Positions 8,148 through 16,471 of a stretch of DNA of 32,000 bases are shown piece after piece. The notes under the pieces are model-generated. The model did not search any database. It was given only the letters and a program-made list of their open reading frames with translations, and was not told the DNA's origin. A program made the translations under genes and the position numbers. How positions within the stretch are numbered: position 1 is the first letter of the stretch; the number at the start of each line of letters is the position of its first letter. The stretch is from contig NC_003902.1 of NCBI RefSeq assembly GCF_000007145.1, positions 1,477,436 to 1,509,435 of the forward strand. Reading direction: 5' to 3'. Source of the stretch: Xanthomonas campestris pv. campestris str. ATCC 33913. Its GTDB lineage: Bacteria; Pseudomonadota; Gammaproteobacteria; Xanthomonadales; Xanthomonadaceae.

Positions 8148-9725
8148 ATGAATCCCCGCATCCGCACCCAGATGTTCGGCCTGTTGGCCATGACCCTGCC
8201 GTTGGCTGCCTGCGCGCAGCAACCCGAAGCGCCAGCCAAGACCAGCGCGCCGATCGCGGCCAACCGCAGCACCACGCCGGCGCCGCAGCTGGTGGCGGGC
8301 TTGCCGGATTTCACCAATCTGGTCGAGCAGGTCGGCCCGGGCGTGGTCAATATCGAAACCACCATCACCCGCAAGGACGCCATGGCGCGCTCGCAGCGCG
8401 GCGGTCCGGGCGGACGTGGCGGCGGCGCGATGCCCGACGACGAGCAGATGCCGGAGTTTTTCAAGCGCTTCTTCGGCCCGGATTTCCAGATGCCGGGCGG
8501 CCCGCGTCAGGGGCCGGGGCAGGGCGATGATGATGGCGGCATCGCCGGCAAGTCGATGGGTTCGGGCTTCATCATTTCCGCCGACGGCTACGTGCTGACC
8601 AATCATCACGTGGTGGATGGCGCCAGCGAGGTGACCGTCAAGCTCACCGACCGTCGCGAGTTCAAGGCCAAGGTGGTTGGCAGCGACGAGCAGTTCGACG
8701 TGGCCCTGCTGAAGATCGAGGCCAAGGGCCTGCCGACCGTGCGCATCGGCGATTCCAACACGCTCAAGCCGGGCCAGTGGGTGGTGGCGATCGGTTCGCC
8801 GTTCGGGCTGGATCATTCGGTCACTGCCGGCATCGTCAGCGCCACCGGTCGCAGCAATCCATACGCCGACCAGCGCTACGTGCCGTTCATCCAGACCGAC
8901 GTGGCGATCAACCAGGGCAACTCCGGTGGTCCGCTACTTAATACGCGTGGTGAGGTGGTCGGCATCAATTCGCAGATCTTCTCCGCTTCGGGTGGCTACA
9001 TGGGGATCAGCTTCGCGATCCCGATCGACCTGGCTTTCAGTGCGGCCGAGCAGATCAAGGCCAGCGGGCATGTCAGCCGCGGCATGCTGGGCGTGGCCGT
9101 CGGTCCGATCGATACGCTGAAAGCGCAGGGTCTGGGCCTGCCGGATACGCGCGGCGCGCTGGTCAACGACATCCCCGCCGGCAGCCCGGCTGGCAAGGCC
9201 GGCATCGAGGTGGGCGATGTGATCCGCTCGGTCAACGGCAAGGAAATCGCGGTGGCCAGCGACCTGCCGCCGATGATCGGCCTGATGCCGCCGGGCACCA
9301 AGGTCAGCTTGAACGTGCTGCGCGACGGCAAGCCGCGCCAGGTCACCGTCACCCTGGGCACGCTGGAAAACGAGTCTGGCAGCAGCGCCCCGCGCACTGC
9401 GGCCGACGATAGCAAGCCGTCCGCGCCGGCCAGCGTGGAGCTGCTGGGCCTGCAGGTTGCGGACCTGACCGCCGCCGAGCGCAGCCGCATGGGTCTGGAA
9501 GCGGGTGAGGGTGTGCGCATTGCCTCGGTCACCGGCTCGGCTGCACGCAGTACCCAGCCGCCACTAGCTCCGGGCCTGGTGATCGCCCGGGTCGGCCGCA
9601 CCAAGGTCGGCAGCGTTGCCGAGCTGAACCGTGCGCTGGCCAGCTACAAGAAGGGCGACGTGGTGATGCTGCTGGTCACCGATGGCAAGGCCACCAGCTA
9701 TGTGGCGTTGAAGGCGGGCGGCTGA
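8148..9725 (+). CDS. mucD: periplasmic serine endoprotease, DegP/HtrA/MucD family (525 aa)
   Basis: GGAGG lies 7 nt upstream of ATG 8148. A signal peptide is present. The trypsin-fold triad context is TNHHVV, DVALLKI and GNSGGPLLN. Two PDZ-like regions follow. The upstream part of ORF 7266..9725 is an out-of-frame read-through of the anti-sigma gene. Confidence 0.9.
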   Translation: MNPRIRTQMFGLLAMTLPLAACAQQPEAPAKTSAPIAANRSTTPAPQLVAGLPDFTNLVEQVGPGVVNIETTITRKDAMARSQRGGPGGRGGGAMPDDEQMPEFFKRFFGPDFQMPGGPRQGPGQGDDDGGIAGKSMGSGFIISADGYVLTNHHVVDGASEVTVKLTDRREFKAKVVGSDEQFDVALLKIEAKGLPTVRIGDSNTLKPGQWVVAIGSPFGLDHSVTAGIVSATGRSNPYADQRYVPFIQTDVAINQGNSGGPLLNTRGEVVGINSQIFSASGGYMGISFAIPIDLAFSAAEQIKASGHVSRGMLGVAVGPIDTLKAQGLGLPDTRGALVNDIPAGSPAGKAGIEVGDVIRSVNGKEIAVASDLPPMIGLMPPGTKVSLNVLRDGKPRQVTVTLGTLENESGSSAPRTAADDSKPSAPASVELLGLQVADLTAAERSRMGLEAGEGVRIASVTGSAARSTQPPLAPGLVIARVGRTKVGSVAELNRALASYKKGDVVMLLVTDGKATSYVALKAGG

Positions 9726-9731
9726 GACGCA

Positions 9732-9821
9732 GGGAATCGGGAGTTGGGAGTGGGGAATCGGAAACAGCGGCAGGTCATGCCGTCTGCTTTTACGATTCTC
9801 CATTCCCGATTCCCCAATCCC
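9732..9821 (+). repeat. GGGAATC-heptad palindromic element (copy 1): about 90-nt imperfect hairpin right after the mucD stop
   Basis: The left arm has 4 heptads, GGGAATC GGGAGTT GGGAGTG GGGAATC (9732-9759). The right arm has 4 heptads, GATTCTC CATTCCC GATTCCC CAATCCC (9794-9821). The spacer itself contains CGGCA-ggtca-TGCCG. Confidence 0.7.
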
Positions 9822-9840
9822 GGCCTGGCAGGCCAAGCCG

Positions 9841-9849
9841 TGCGATAAT
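9841..9849 (+). promoter_or_regulatory. candidate extended -10 promoter for lepA (TGcGATAAT)
   Basis: TGCGATAAT lies about 45 nt upstream of the lepA start, directly after the hairpin element. No clear -35 is present. Confidence 0.35.
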
Positions 9850-9890
9850 GTGGCGTTACCCTGACGACGGCACCGCCGGCGCCCACCTCA

Positions 9891-11696
9891 ATGTCCTCTG
9901 ATTCAATGCGGAATATCCGCAACTTCTCCATCATTGCCCACGTCGACCACGGGAAATCCACCCTGGCCGACCGGATCATCCAACTGTGCGGCGGTTTGCA
10001 GGCGCGCGAGATGGAAGCCCAGGTGCTCGACTCCAACCCGATTGAGCGCGAACGTGGCATCACGATCAAGGCGCAGTCGGTGTCCTTGCCGTACACGGCA
10101 AAAGACGGGCAGACCTATTTCCTGAACTTCATCGACACCCCCGGGCATGTGGACTTCTCCTATGAAGTCAGCCGCTCGCTGGCGGCCTGCGAAGGTGCAT
10201 TGCTGGTGGTGGATGCGGCGCAAGGCGTGGAAGCGCAGTCGGTCGCCAACTGCTACACCGCCGTGGAGCAGGGCCTGGAAGTGGTGCCGGTGCTCAACAA
10301 GATCGACCTGCCCACCGCCGATATCGAGCGGGCCAAGGCCGAAATCGAGGCGGTGATCGGCATCGACGCCGAGGATGCGGTGGCGGTCAGTGCCAAGACC
10401 GGCCTCAATATCGATCTGGTGCTCGAAGCGATCGTGCACCGGATTCCGCCGCCCAAGCCGCGCGATACCGACAAGCTGCAGGCGTTGATCATCGACTCGT
10501 GGTTCGACAACTACTTAGGTGTGGTGTCGCTGGTGCGCGTGATGCAGGGCGAGATCAAGCCGGGCAGCAAGATCCAGGTGATGTCCACCGGTCGTACGCA
10601 TCTGGTCGACAAGGTCGGCGTGTTCACACCCAAGCGCAAGGAACTGGTGGCACTGGGCGCCGGCGAAGTGGGCTGGATCAATGCCTCGATCAAGGACGTG
10701 CACGGCGCGCCGGTCGGCGACACCCTCACCCTGGCGGCCGACCCGGCGCCGCACGCATTGCCCGGTTTCCAGGAAATGCAGCCGCGCGTGTTCGCCGGCC
10801 TGTTTCCGGTCGATGCCGAGGACTATCCGGACCTGCGCGAAGCGCTGGACAAGCTGCGTCTGAACGATGCCGCGTTGCGCTTCGAGCCGGAAAGTTCCGA
10901 GGCGATGGGCTTCGGCTTCCGTTGCGGCTTCCTGGGCATGCTGCACATGGAAATCGTGCAGGAACGGCTGGAGCGCGAGTACAACCTCAATCTGATTTCG
11001 ACCGCGCCGACGGTGGTCTATGAGGTGCTCAAGACCGACGGCACCATCATCCCGATGGACAACCCGTCCAAGCTGCCGCCGCTCAACCACGTGGAAGAGA
11101 TTCGCGAGCCGATCATCCGCGCCAACATCCTCACGCCGCCCGATTACGTCGGCAACATCATCACTCTGTGCGAAGAAAAGCGCGGCAGCCAGATCGGCAT
11201 CAACTACCTCGGTAGCCAGGTGCAGATCAGCTACGAGCTGCCGATGGCCGAAGTGGTGCTGGACTTCTTCGACAAGCTCAAGTCGGTCAGCCGCGGCTAT
11301 GCCTCGCTGGACTATCACTTCCTGCGCTTCCAGGTCGGCCCGTTCGTGCGCGTGGACACACTGATCAACGGCGACAAGGTCGATGCGCTGAGCATCATCG
11401 TGCACCGCAGCTACGCCGATCGGCGCGGCCGCGAGCTGTGCGAAAAGATGAAGGAGCTGATCCCGCGGCAGATGTTCGACGTGGCAATTCAAGCCGCCGT
11501 CGGCTCGCAGATCATCTCGCGTTCTACGGTCAAGGCGATGCGCAAGAACGTGTTGGCCAAATGCTATGGTGGCGACGTTTCGCGCAAGAAAAAGCTGCTG
11601 GAAAAGCAGAAAGAAGGCAAGAAGCGCATGAAGCAGGTCGGCCGCGTGGAGATTCCGCAGGAGGCCTTCCTGGCCGTTCTGCAGATGGATAAGTAG
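9891..11696 (+). CDS. lepA: translation elongation factor 4 (LepA, 601 aa)
   Basis: [24 protein letters not shown] (G1), DTPGHVDF (G3), NKIDLP (G4) and a LepA-specific C-terminal domain. The start could instead be ATG 9906 (MRNIRNF), since neither ATG has a clear SD. Confidence 0.95.
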   Translation: MSSDSMRNIRNFSIIAHVDHGKSTLADRIIQLCGGLQAREMEAQVLDSNPIERERGITIKAQSVSLPYTAKDGQTYFLNFIDTPGHVDFSYEVSRSLAACEGALLVVDAAQGVEAQSVANCYTAVEQGLEVVPVLNKIDLPTADIERAKAEIEAVIGIDAEDAVAVSAKTGLNIDLVLEAIVHRIPPPKPRDTDKLQALIIDSWFDNYLGVVSLVRVMQGEIKPGSKIQVMSTGRTHLVDKVGVFTPKRKELVALGAGEVGWINASIKDVHGAPVGDTLTLAADPAPHALPGFQEMQPRVFAGLFPVDAEDYPDLREALDKLRLNDAALRFEPESSEAMGFGFRCGFLGMLHMEIVQERLEREYNLNLISTAPTVVYEVLKTDGTIIPMDNPSKLPPLNHVEEIREPIIRANILTPPDYVGNIITLCEEKRGSQIGINYLGSQVQISYELPMAEVVLDFFDKLKSVSRGYASLDYHFLRFQVGPFVRVDTLINGDKVDALSIIVHRSYADRRGRELCEKMKELIPRQMFDVAIQAAVGSQIISRSTVKAMRKNVLAKCYGGDVSRKKKLLEKQKEGKKRMKQVGRVEIPQEAFLAVLQMDK

Positions 11697-11698
11697 CT

Positions 11699-11782
11699 GG
11701 GAATGGTCAATCGGGAATCGGGAATCGTCAGGGCGTGCGCGCTCCTGCTGTTCCGATTCTCGATTCCCGATTCCCGATTCCC
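11699..11782 (+). repeat. GGGAATC-heptad palindromic element (copy 2): hairpin between lepA and lepB
   Basis: The left arm is GGGAATG GTCAATC GGGAATC GGGAATC (11699-11726). The right arm is GATTCTC GATTCCC GATTCCC GATTCCC (11755-11782). It starts 2 nt after the lepA stop and ends 17 nt before the lepB ATG. Confidence 0.7.
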
Positions 11783-11799
11783 TTTCCGAAGGAACATCA

Positions 11800-12600
11800 A
11801 TGAAATGGTTTGAAATCGCCCTGGTTGTGTTGACGCTGGGCACCGGCTTCATCTGGCTACTGGACAAGCTGTTCCTGGCCAAGCGCCGCGCGGCGCGCGC
11901 CGGTCTGCTGGACAGCGAGCCGGCGATCATCGACTACTCGCGTGCGTTCTTTCCGGTGCTGGCGGTGGTGCTGATCCTGCGCAGCTTCGTGGCCGAGCCG
12001 TACAAGATTCCGTCCAGCTCGATGATGCCCAACCTGCTCATCGGTGATTTCATCCTGGTCAACAAGTTCGCTTACGGCTTCCGGTTGCCGATCACCAACA
12101 CCAAGTTCATCCCGACCGGTGAACCCAAGCGCGGCGACGTGGTGGTGTTCAAGCCGCCGCATGCGCCGGACCAGAATTGGATCAAGCGCGTGGTCGGCCT
12201 GCCGGGCGACAAGATCGGCTTCCACGGTGACACGCTGTACATCAACGACAAGCCGATGCGCTACACCGTCAAGGGCGAGTACATCGGCAAGGGCAAGGGC
12301 GCCGAGATGACCGGTACCACGCTGCTGGTGGAAGACCTGCCCGGGCGGACCCACACCGTGCTGGAGTGGGTAGACCGCAACATGCCGGCTGGCCAGGGTG
12401 ACTGGACGGTGCCGGCAGACAGCTATTTCGTGATGGGGGACAATCGCGACAATAGCGAGGACAGCCGATTCTGGACGCAGACGCACTTCCTGCCGGAGGC
12501 CAATCTCCGCGGCAAGGCGTTCCTGATCTGGCTCAATTGTGAAGGGTGGTTCTGCAAGGGGAGTTTCGATCCATCGCGGATCGGGACTGGAATCCAGTAA
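11800..12600 (+). CDS. lepB: signal peptidase I (266 aa)
   Basis: An N-terminal TM segment is present. The catalytic Ser box is PSSSMMPNLLIGD and the Lys box is KRVVGLPGD, with GDNRDNSEDSR. AAGGA lies 6 nt upstream of the ATG. Confidence 0.95.
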   Translation: MKWFEIALVVLTLGTGFIWLLDKLFLAKRRAARAGLLDSEPAIIDYSRAFFPVLAVVLILRSFVAEPYKIPSSSMMPNLLIGDFILVNKFAYGFRLPITNTKFIPTGEPKRGDVVVFKPPHAPDQNWIKRVVGLPGDKIGFHGDTLYINDKPMRYTVKGEYIGKGKGAEMTGTTLLVEDLPGRTHTVLEWVDRNMPAGQGDWTVPADSYFVMGDNRDNSEDSRFWTQTHFLPEANLRGKAFLIWLNCEGWFCKGSFDPSRIGTGIQ

Positions 12601-12630
12601 ATGCACGCGGTGCGTGCCGGGGGACACACA

Positions 12631-13008
12631 ATGAAGCGCAAGCAAAGCGGTATGACGTTGACGTCGTTCGTGGTGGTGCTGGCGGTGGTGGGGTTTGCGT
12701 TGTATCTGGGGATGAAGTTGTTCCCGATGTATCAGGAATATTACGCAGTCCGTACGTCGATGAAGGGCCTTGCGAATGAAGCGGGCAGTGCCGACATGGA
12801 CCCGTCCAAATTGCAGGACATGTTCTTCAAGCGGCTCGATATCAACTCCTCCGAAAGCGTCAAGCCAGGGGACGTCAAGTTCGAGCGCATCGAAGGCGGC
12901 TGGCGGATGAAGGTCAACTACGAAGTGCGGCGTGAGCTGGTCGGCAATCTCGATGTTGTCGGCAAGTTCGACACCGAGCAGGATCTGACGAGGCGTGGTG
13001 TCGAATAG
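12631..13008 (+). CDS. small membrane-anchored protein of unknown function (DUF4845-like, 125 aa)
   Basis: [27 protein letters not shown]... is one N-terminal TM segment followed by a roughly 90-aa soluble domain. A gene occupies the same lepB-rnc position in Pseudomonas. ATG 12631 is preferred over 12601 because the GGGGGA SD-like run lies upstream of it. The family name is from memory. Confidence 0.7.
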
Positions 13009-13678
13009 AACTTTCCAGCGCGGTGATCCGATCGGACATGCGTTTGCCGATCCGGGTCTGCTCGCCCAGGCGCTGCGTCATCGCAGCGCCGGGACGCCGC
13101 ATAACGAGCGTCTGGAATTCCTGGGCGATGGCATCGTCAATCTGCTGATCGCCGAGGCGTTGTATCAGCGCTGGCCCAAGGCCGATGAAGGCGCCTTGAC
13201 CCGTGCGCGCGCCGAGCTGGTGCGCGAGGGCGCGCTGGCCGTCATTGGGCGCACCCTCAACCTGGGCGAGCGCTTGACGCTGGGCCCGGGCGAATTGAAA
13301 TCCGGCGGGCATCGCCGCGATTCGATCCTGGCCGACGCGGTCGAAGCGATCGTCGCGGCGATCTATCTGGACTGCGGGTTCGAGCGTTGCCGCGCGGTGG
13401 TGCTGCCCTGGTTCGAACCGTCGCTGGCCGCGTTGCCGGTCGGCAAGGCCGAGAAAGATCCCAAGACCCGGCTGCAGGAATGGCTGCAGGCACGGCAATT
13501 GCCATTGCCGCAGTACGCCCTGATCAGCGAAAGCGGCGACGAACACGCCAAGCAGTTCCATGTCGCCTGCATCCTTGAGCAGCCAGCCGCCCGCGCCGAG
13601 GGGCAGGGCACGTCTCGTCGGCTTGCCGAGCAACAGGCCGCAGCCACCGTCATCGCACAACTGGATTCGAACACGTGA
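12995..13678 (+). CDS. rnc: ribonuclease III (227 aa)
   Basis: The RNase III signature is [21 protein letters not shown]. Catalytic [13 protein letters not shown] and a C-terminal dsRBD ([12 protein letters not shown]...) are present. The start is GTG 12995 (or 12998), overlapping the upstream stop by about 14 nt. Confidence 0.9.
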
Positions 13679-14571
13679 GCGAAACCTCTCCCCACCGCAG
13701 CGGCAGCGTTGCCGTGATCGGCCGTCCCAATGTCGGCAAGTCCACCCTGACCAATGCGCTGGTTGGCGCCAAGGTCAGCATCGTCTCCAATCGTCCGCAG
13801 ACCACGCGCCACCGTCTGTTGGGCATTGCCACCTTCCCGGAAGGCCAGCTGATGCTGGTCGATACACCCGGGCTGCACCGCGAGCAGAAGCGCGCGATGA
13901 ACCGGGTGATGAACCGCGCCGCGCGCGGCTCGCTGGAAGGCGTGGATGCCGCGGTGCTGGTGATCGAGGCAGGCCGCTGGGACGAAGAAGACACCCTGGC
14001 ATTCCGCGTGCTCAGCGACGCTGACGTGCCGGTGGTGCTGGTGGTCAATAAAGTGGACCGGCTCAAGGACAAGACCGCGCTGTTCCCGTTCCTGGCGCAG
14101 GTCAGCGAAGGGCGCACGTTCGCCGCCGTGCATCCGGTCTCTGCGCTCAAGCGCAAGGGCCTGGAGGCGTTGGTGAGCGACCTGCTCAAGCTGGTGCCCG
14201 AAGCCGAGGCGATGTACGGCGAAGACGAAATCACCGATCGCAGCCAGCGTTTTCTGGCCGGCGAACTGGTGCGCGAGCAGCTGATGCGCCAACTGGGCGA
14301 AGAACTGCCGTATGCCACCACCGTGGAGATCGAACGCTTTGCCGAGGACGGTGCGCTGCTGCGCATCGGCGCAGTGATCTGGGTCGAGCGCGAGGGACAG
14401 AAGGCCATCGTGATCGGCAAGGGCGGCACCCGCCTGAAGGACATCGGCGGCAAGGCGCGCCTGCAGATGGAGCGCTTGTTCGGTGCCAAGGTGTTTCTGG
14501 AAACCTGGGTGCGCGTGCGCGAGGGCTGGTCGGACGACGAGGCTGCGTTGAAGGCCTTCGGTTACGACTGA
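13675..14571 (+). CDS. era: GTPase Era (298 aa)
   Basis: [10 protein letters not shown] (G1), DTPG (G3), NKVD (G4) and a C-terminal KH domain ([13 protein letters not shown]). GTGA start/stop overlap with rnc. Confidence 0.95.
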
Positions 14572-14810
14572 GCAGAGGCGGGGTAGTCGAGGGCGCAAGC
14601 GCCAGGCGCGCGTGTGCATGGGGCTGATTCCTGCTTGAGACCAACGCTTCCAGTGTCAAGGGTTAACAGGTGGCGCCCATGCCGGTGCTTGTGTGAGAGG
14701 TTCCGACCTGTGCTGATGTGTCAGTTCACGCGCGAGGCGTCTGCAATTTCGCTGTCCCGGCGTGCGGCGGTCAACTGCTGCCAAGCGAGCACCTGGCCGA
14801 ACACACTGTC

Positions 14811-15536
14811 ATGCTGATCGAACACGAGCGCGGCTTTGTCCTGCACGCACGCGCCTGGCGCGAGACCAGCTTGCTGGTGGAAGTGTTGACCGAGCAGCAC
14901 GGGCGCGTGGGATTGCTGGCGCGGGGCGTGCACGGGCCACGCAAGCAGGCGTTGCGCGCTGCGCTGCAGCCGCTGCAATTGATCCAGTTCACCGCGGTGC
15001 AGCGCGGCGAGTTGGCGCAGCTGCGCCAGGCCGAGGCCATCGATACCGCGCCGCGGTTGCTTGGCGAAGCGATGCTGGCGGGTTTCTATATCAGCGAACT
15101 GTTGCTGCGGCTTGCACCGCGCCATGCGCCGGTGCCGGAGCTGTTCGACTGCTATGCGCAGGCGCGTGCGCACCTGGCTTCCGGTGCCGCGCTGGCATGG
15201 GGATTGCGGCAGTTCGAGCGCGACGTGCTCGACGGGCTGGGGTTCGGCTTCGATCTGCAACACGACAGTGACGGCCAGCCGATCGATCCGGCCGCCCGTT
15301 ACCGGCTCGATCCGCAGGACGGCGCGCGGCGGGTATTGAGCGAGCGGCTGGCGCAGGATCGCCGCGAGACCGTGACTGGTGCGGCGTTGCTGGCGCTGGG
15401 CGAGGACCGGGTACCGGCCACCGAGGATATGCCGGGGCTGCGCCGCAGCATGCGCGGAGTCTTGCTGCACCACCTGAGCGGGCGCGGACTCAAGTCCTGG
15501 GAGATGCTGGAAGAATTGGCGCGACGCGGCGCTTAG
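14811..15536 (+). CDS. recO: DNA repair protein RecO (241 aa)
   Basis: [39 protein letters not shown] is the RecO N-terminal OB-fold region. The length matches RecO (~240 aa). The 31 codons upstream in ORF 14718 are Cys/Arg-rich and not protein-like. Confidence 0.85.
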
Positions 15537-15591
15537 ATGGCGTTGCGCCCGGTCGATGCCCGGGGGTGCCCCGGAGATGCCGGCCAGCGGT

Positions 15592-16314
15592 TCAGTGCAG
15601 CAGCGCGGCCACTGCGGCATGGAACTGGTTCTGTGCAATGCGCGACTGCGGATCGCCACGCAGCAACCGCACTGCGCCAGCAAGCCGGGCGGCACCGACA
15701 AACCCACAGCTGGCCTGCAGACGGTGCAAGTGATTGCGCAGCGCCAGCTCGTCGCTGACCAGCAGCGCCGAATCTACGGCGTCGCGGGTGCCAGGCAGCT
15801 CTGCCAGGAACAATTCGCGCAAGGCATTGAGGTGATGCTGCTGGCCGTTGAGCGCACTCAGTGCGGCGGCTTCGTCCCAGTCGCTGGCGGCGATATCCAC
15901 CACGCCCACCGGGGCCACGCTGTAGCGCCCACGTGCCAGGCCCCGGCGTACCGCCTGCAGCAGCCGTTCGGAGGTCAGCGGCTTGACCAGCATTTCCAGA
16001 AAGCCGTCTGATTGCAGGCCGCGTTGCATGGCCGCGTTGCCGTCGGCGGTATGCGCCAGGGCGGGGACATCCGGGTGCAGCAGGCGCAGGGCGCGCAACA
16101 GGTCGCTGCCGGTGCCGTCTGGGAGGTTGACGTCGATCAGCCACAGGTCATGCCGGCGCGCGCGCGCGCGGTCCAGTGCCGAAGACAGGGAGTCGGCCCA
16201 GTCGACCTGGGCGGGCAGGCTTTCGAGCACGGCCTGCAGAAAGCCACGGCTGATCGGGTCGTCCTCGACCAACAGAACGCGCGGCTGGGGTTCCTGACGT
16301 GTTGCCATGTTCAT
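15592..16314 (-). CDS. two-component phosphorelay protein: receiver (REC) domain fused to a C-terminal Hpt domain (240 aa)
   Basis: The REC domain has VLLVEDD, WLID (D61), AHTAD and LVKPL. The Hpt motif is HRLQASCGFVGA (H197, codon 15724-15726). A strong SD, AAGGAGG, lies just upstream of ATG 16314/16308. Confidence 0.8.
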   Translation of the reverse strand: MNMATRQEPQPRVLLVEDDPISRGFLQAVLESLPAQVDWADSLSSALDRARARRHDLWLIDVNLPDGTGSDLLRALRLLHPDVPALAHTADGNAAMQRGLQSDGFLEMLVKPLTSERLLQAVRRGLARGRYSVAPVGVVDIAASDWDEAAALSALNGQQHHLNALRELFLAELPGTRDAVDSALLVSDELALRNHLHRLQASCGFVGAARLAGAVRLLRGDPQSRIAQNQFHAAVAALLH

Positions 16315-16431
16315 GCTGCCTCCTTATCAGCGTGCCGCGTACTGCGTGTAGCGCGAGCTCCCGAAGTGTGCCCTGGTTTGCGGGGCGCGACAATTGCTCG
16401 CACCCGTATGGCGACCGGCGGCAATCGCATC

Positions 16432-16440
16432 TGCGACAAT
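16432..16440 (+). promoter_or_regulatory. candidate extended -10 promoter for rlmD (TGcGACAAT)
   Basis: TGCGACAAT lies about 30 nt upstream of GTG 16472. If it is used, the TTG 16394 start of the ORF track would be excluded. Confidence 0.3.
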
Positions 16441-16471
16441 ACGCACCCTTTTTGCCCGCAGCTTTCGCCAC

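Noticed and set aside
16426-16440. An identical 15-mer, CGCATCTGCGACAAT, upstream of both rlmD (16426-16440) and nagZ (23134-23148). It could be a shared regulatory site.
   Set aside because: By rough estimate, one chance 15-mer match or so is expected within 32 kb at this base composition, so the identity alone is not significant. I keep only the weaker claim that each contains an extended -10-like TGnGACAAT.
16394-16471. TTG 16394 as the rlmD start, as in the ORF track.
   Set aside because: It would add about 26 non-conserved Arg/Ala-rich residues, and it lies upstream of the likely -10 (16432-16440). GTG 16472 gives a length and N-terminal offset similar to E. coli RlmD. This remains unresolved without alignment.
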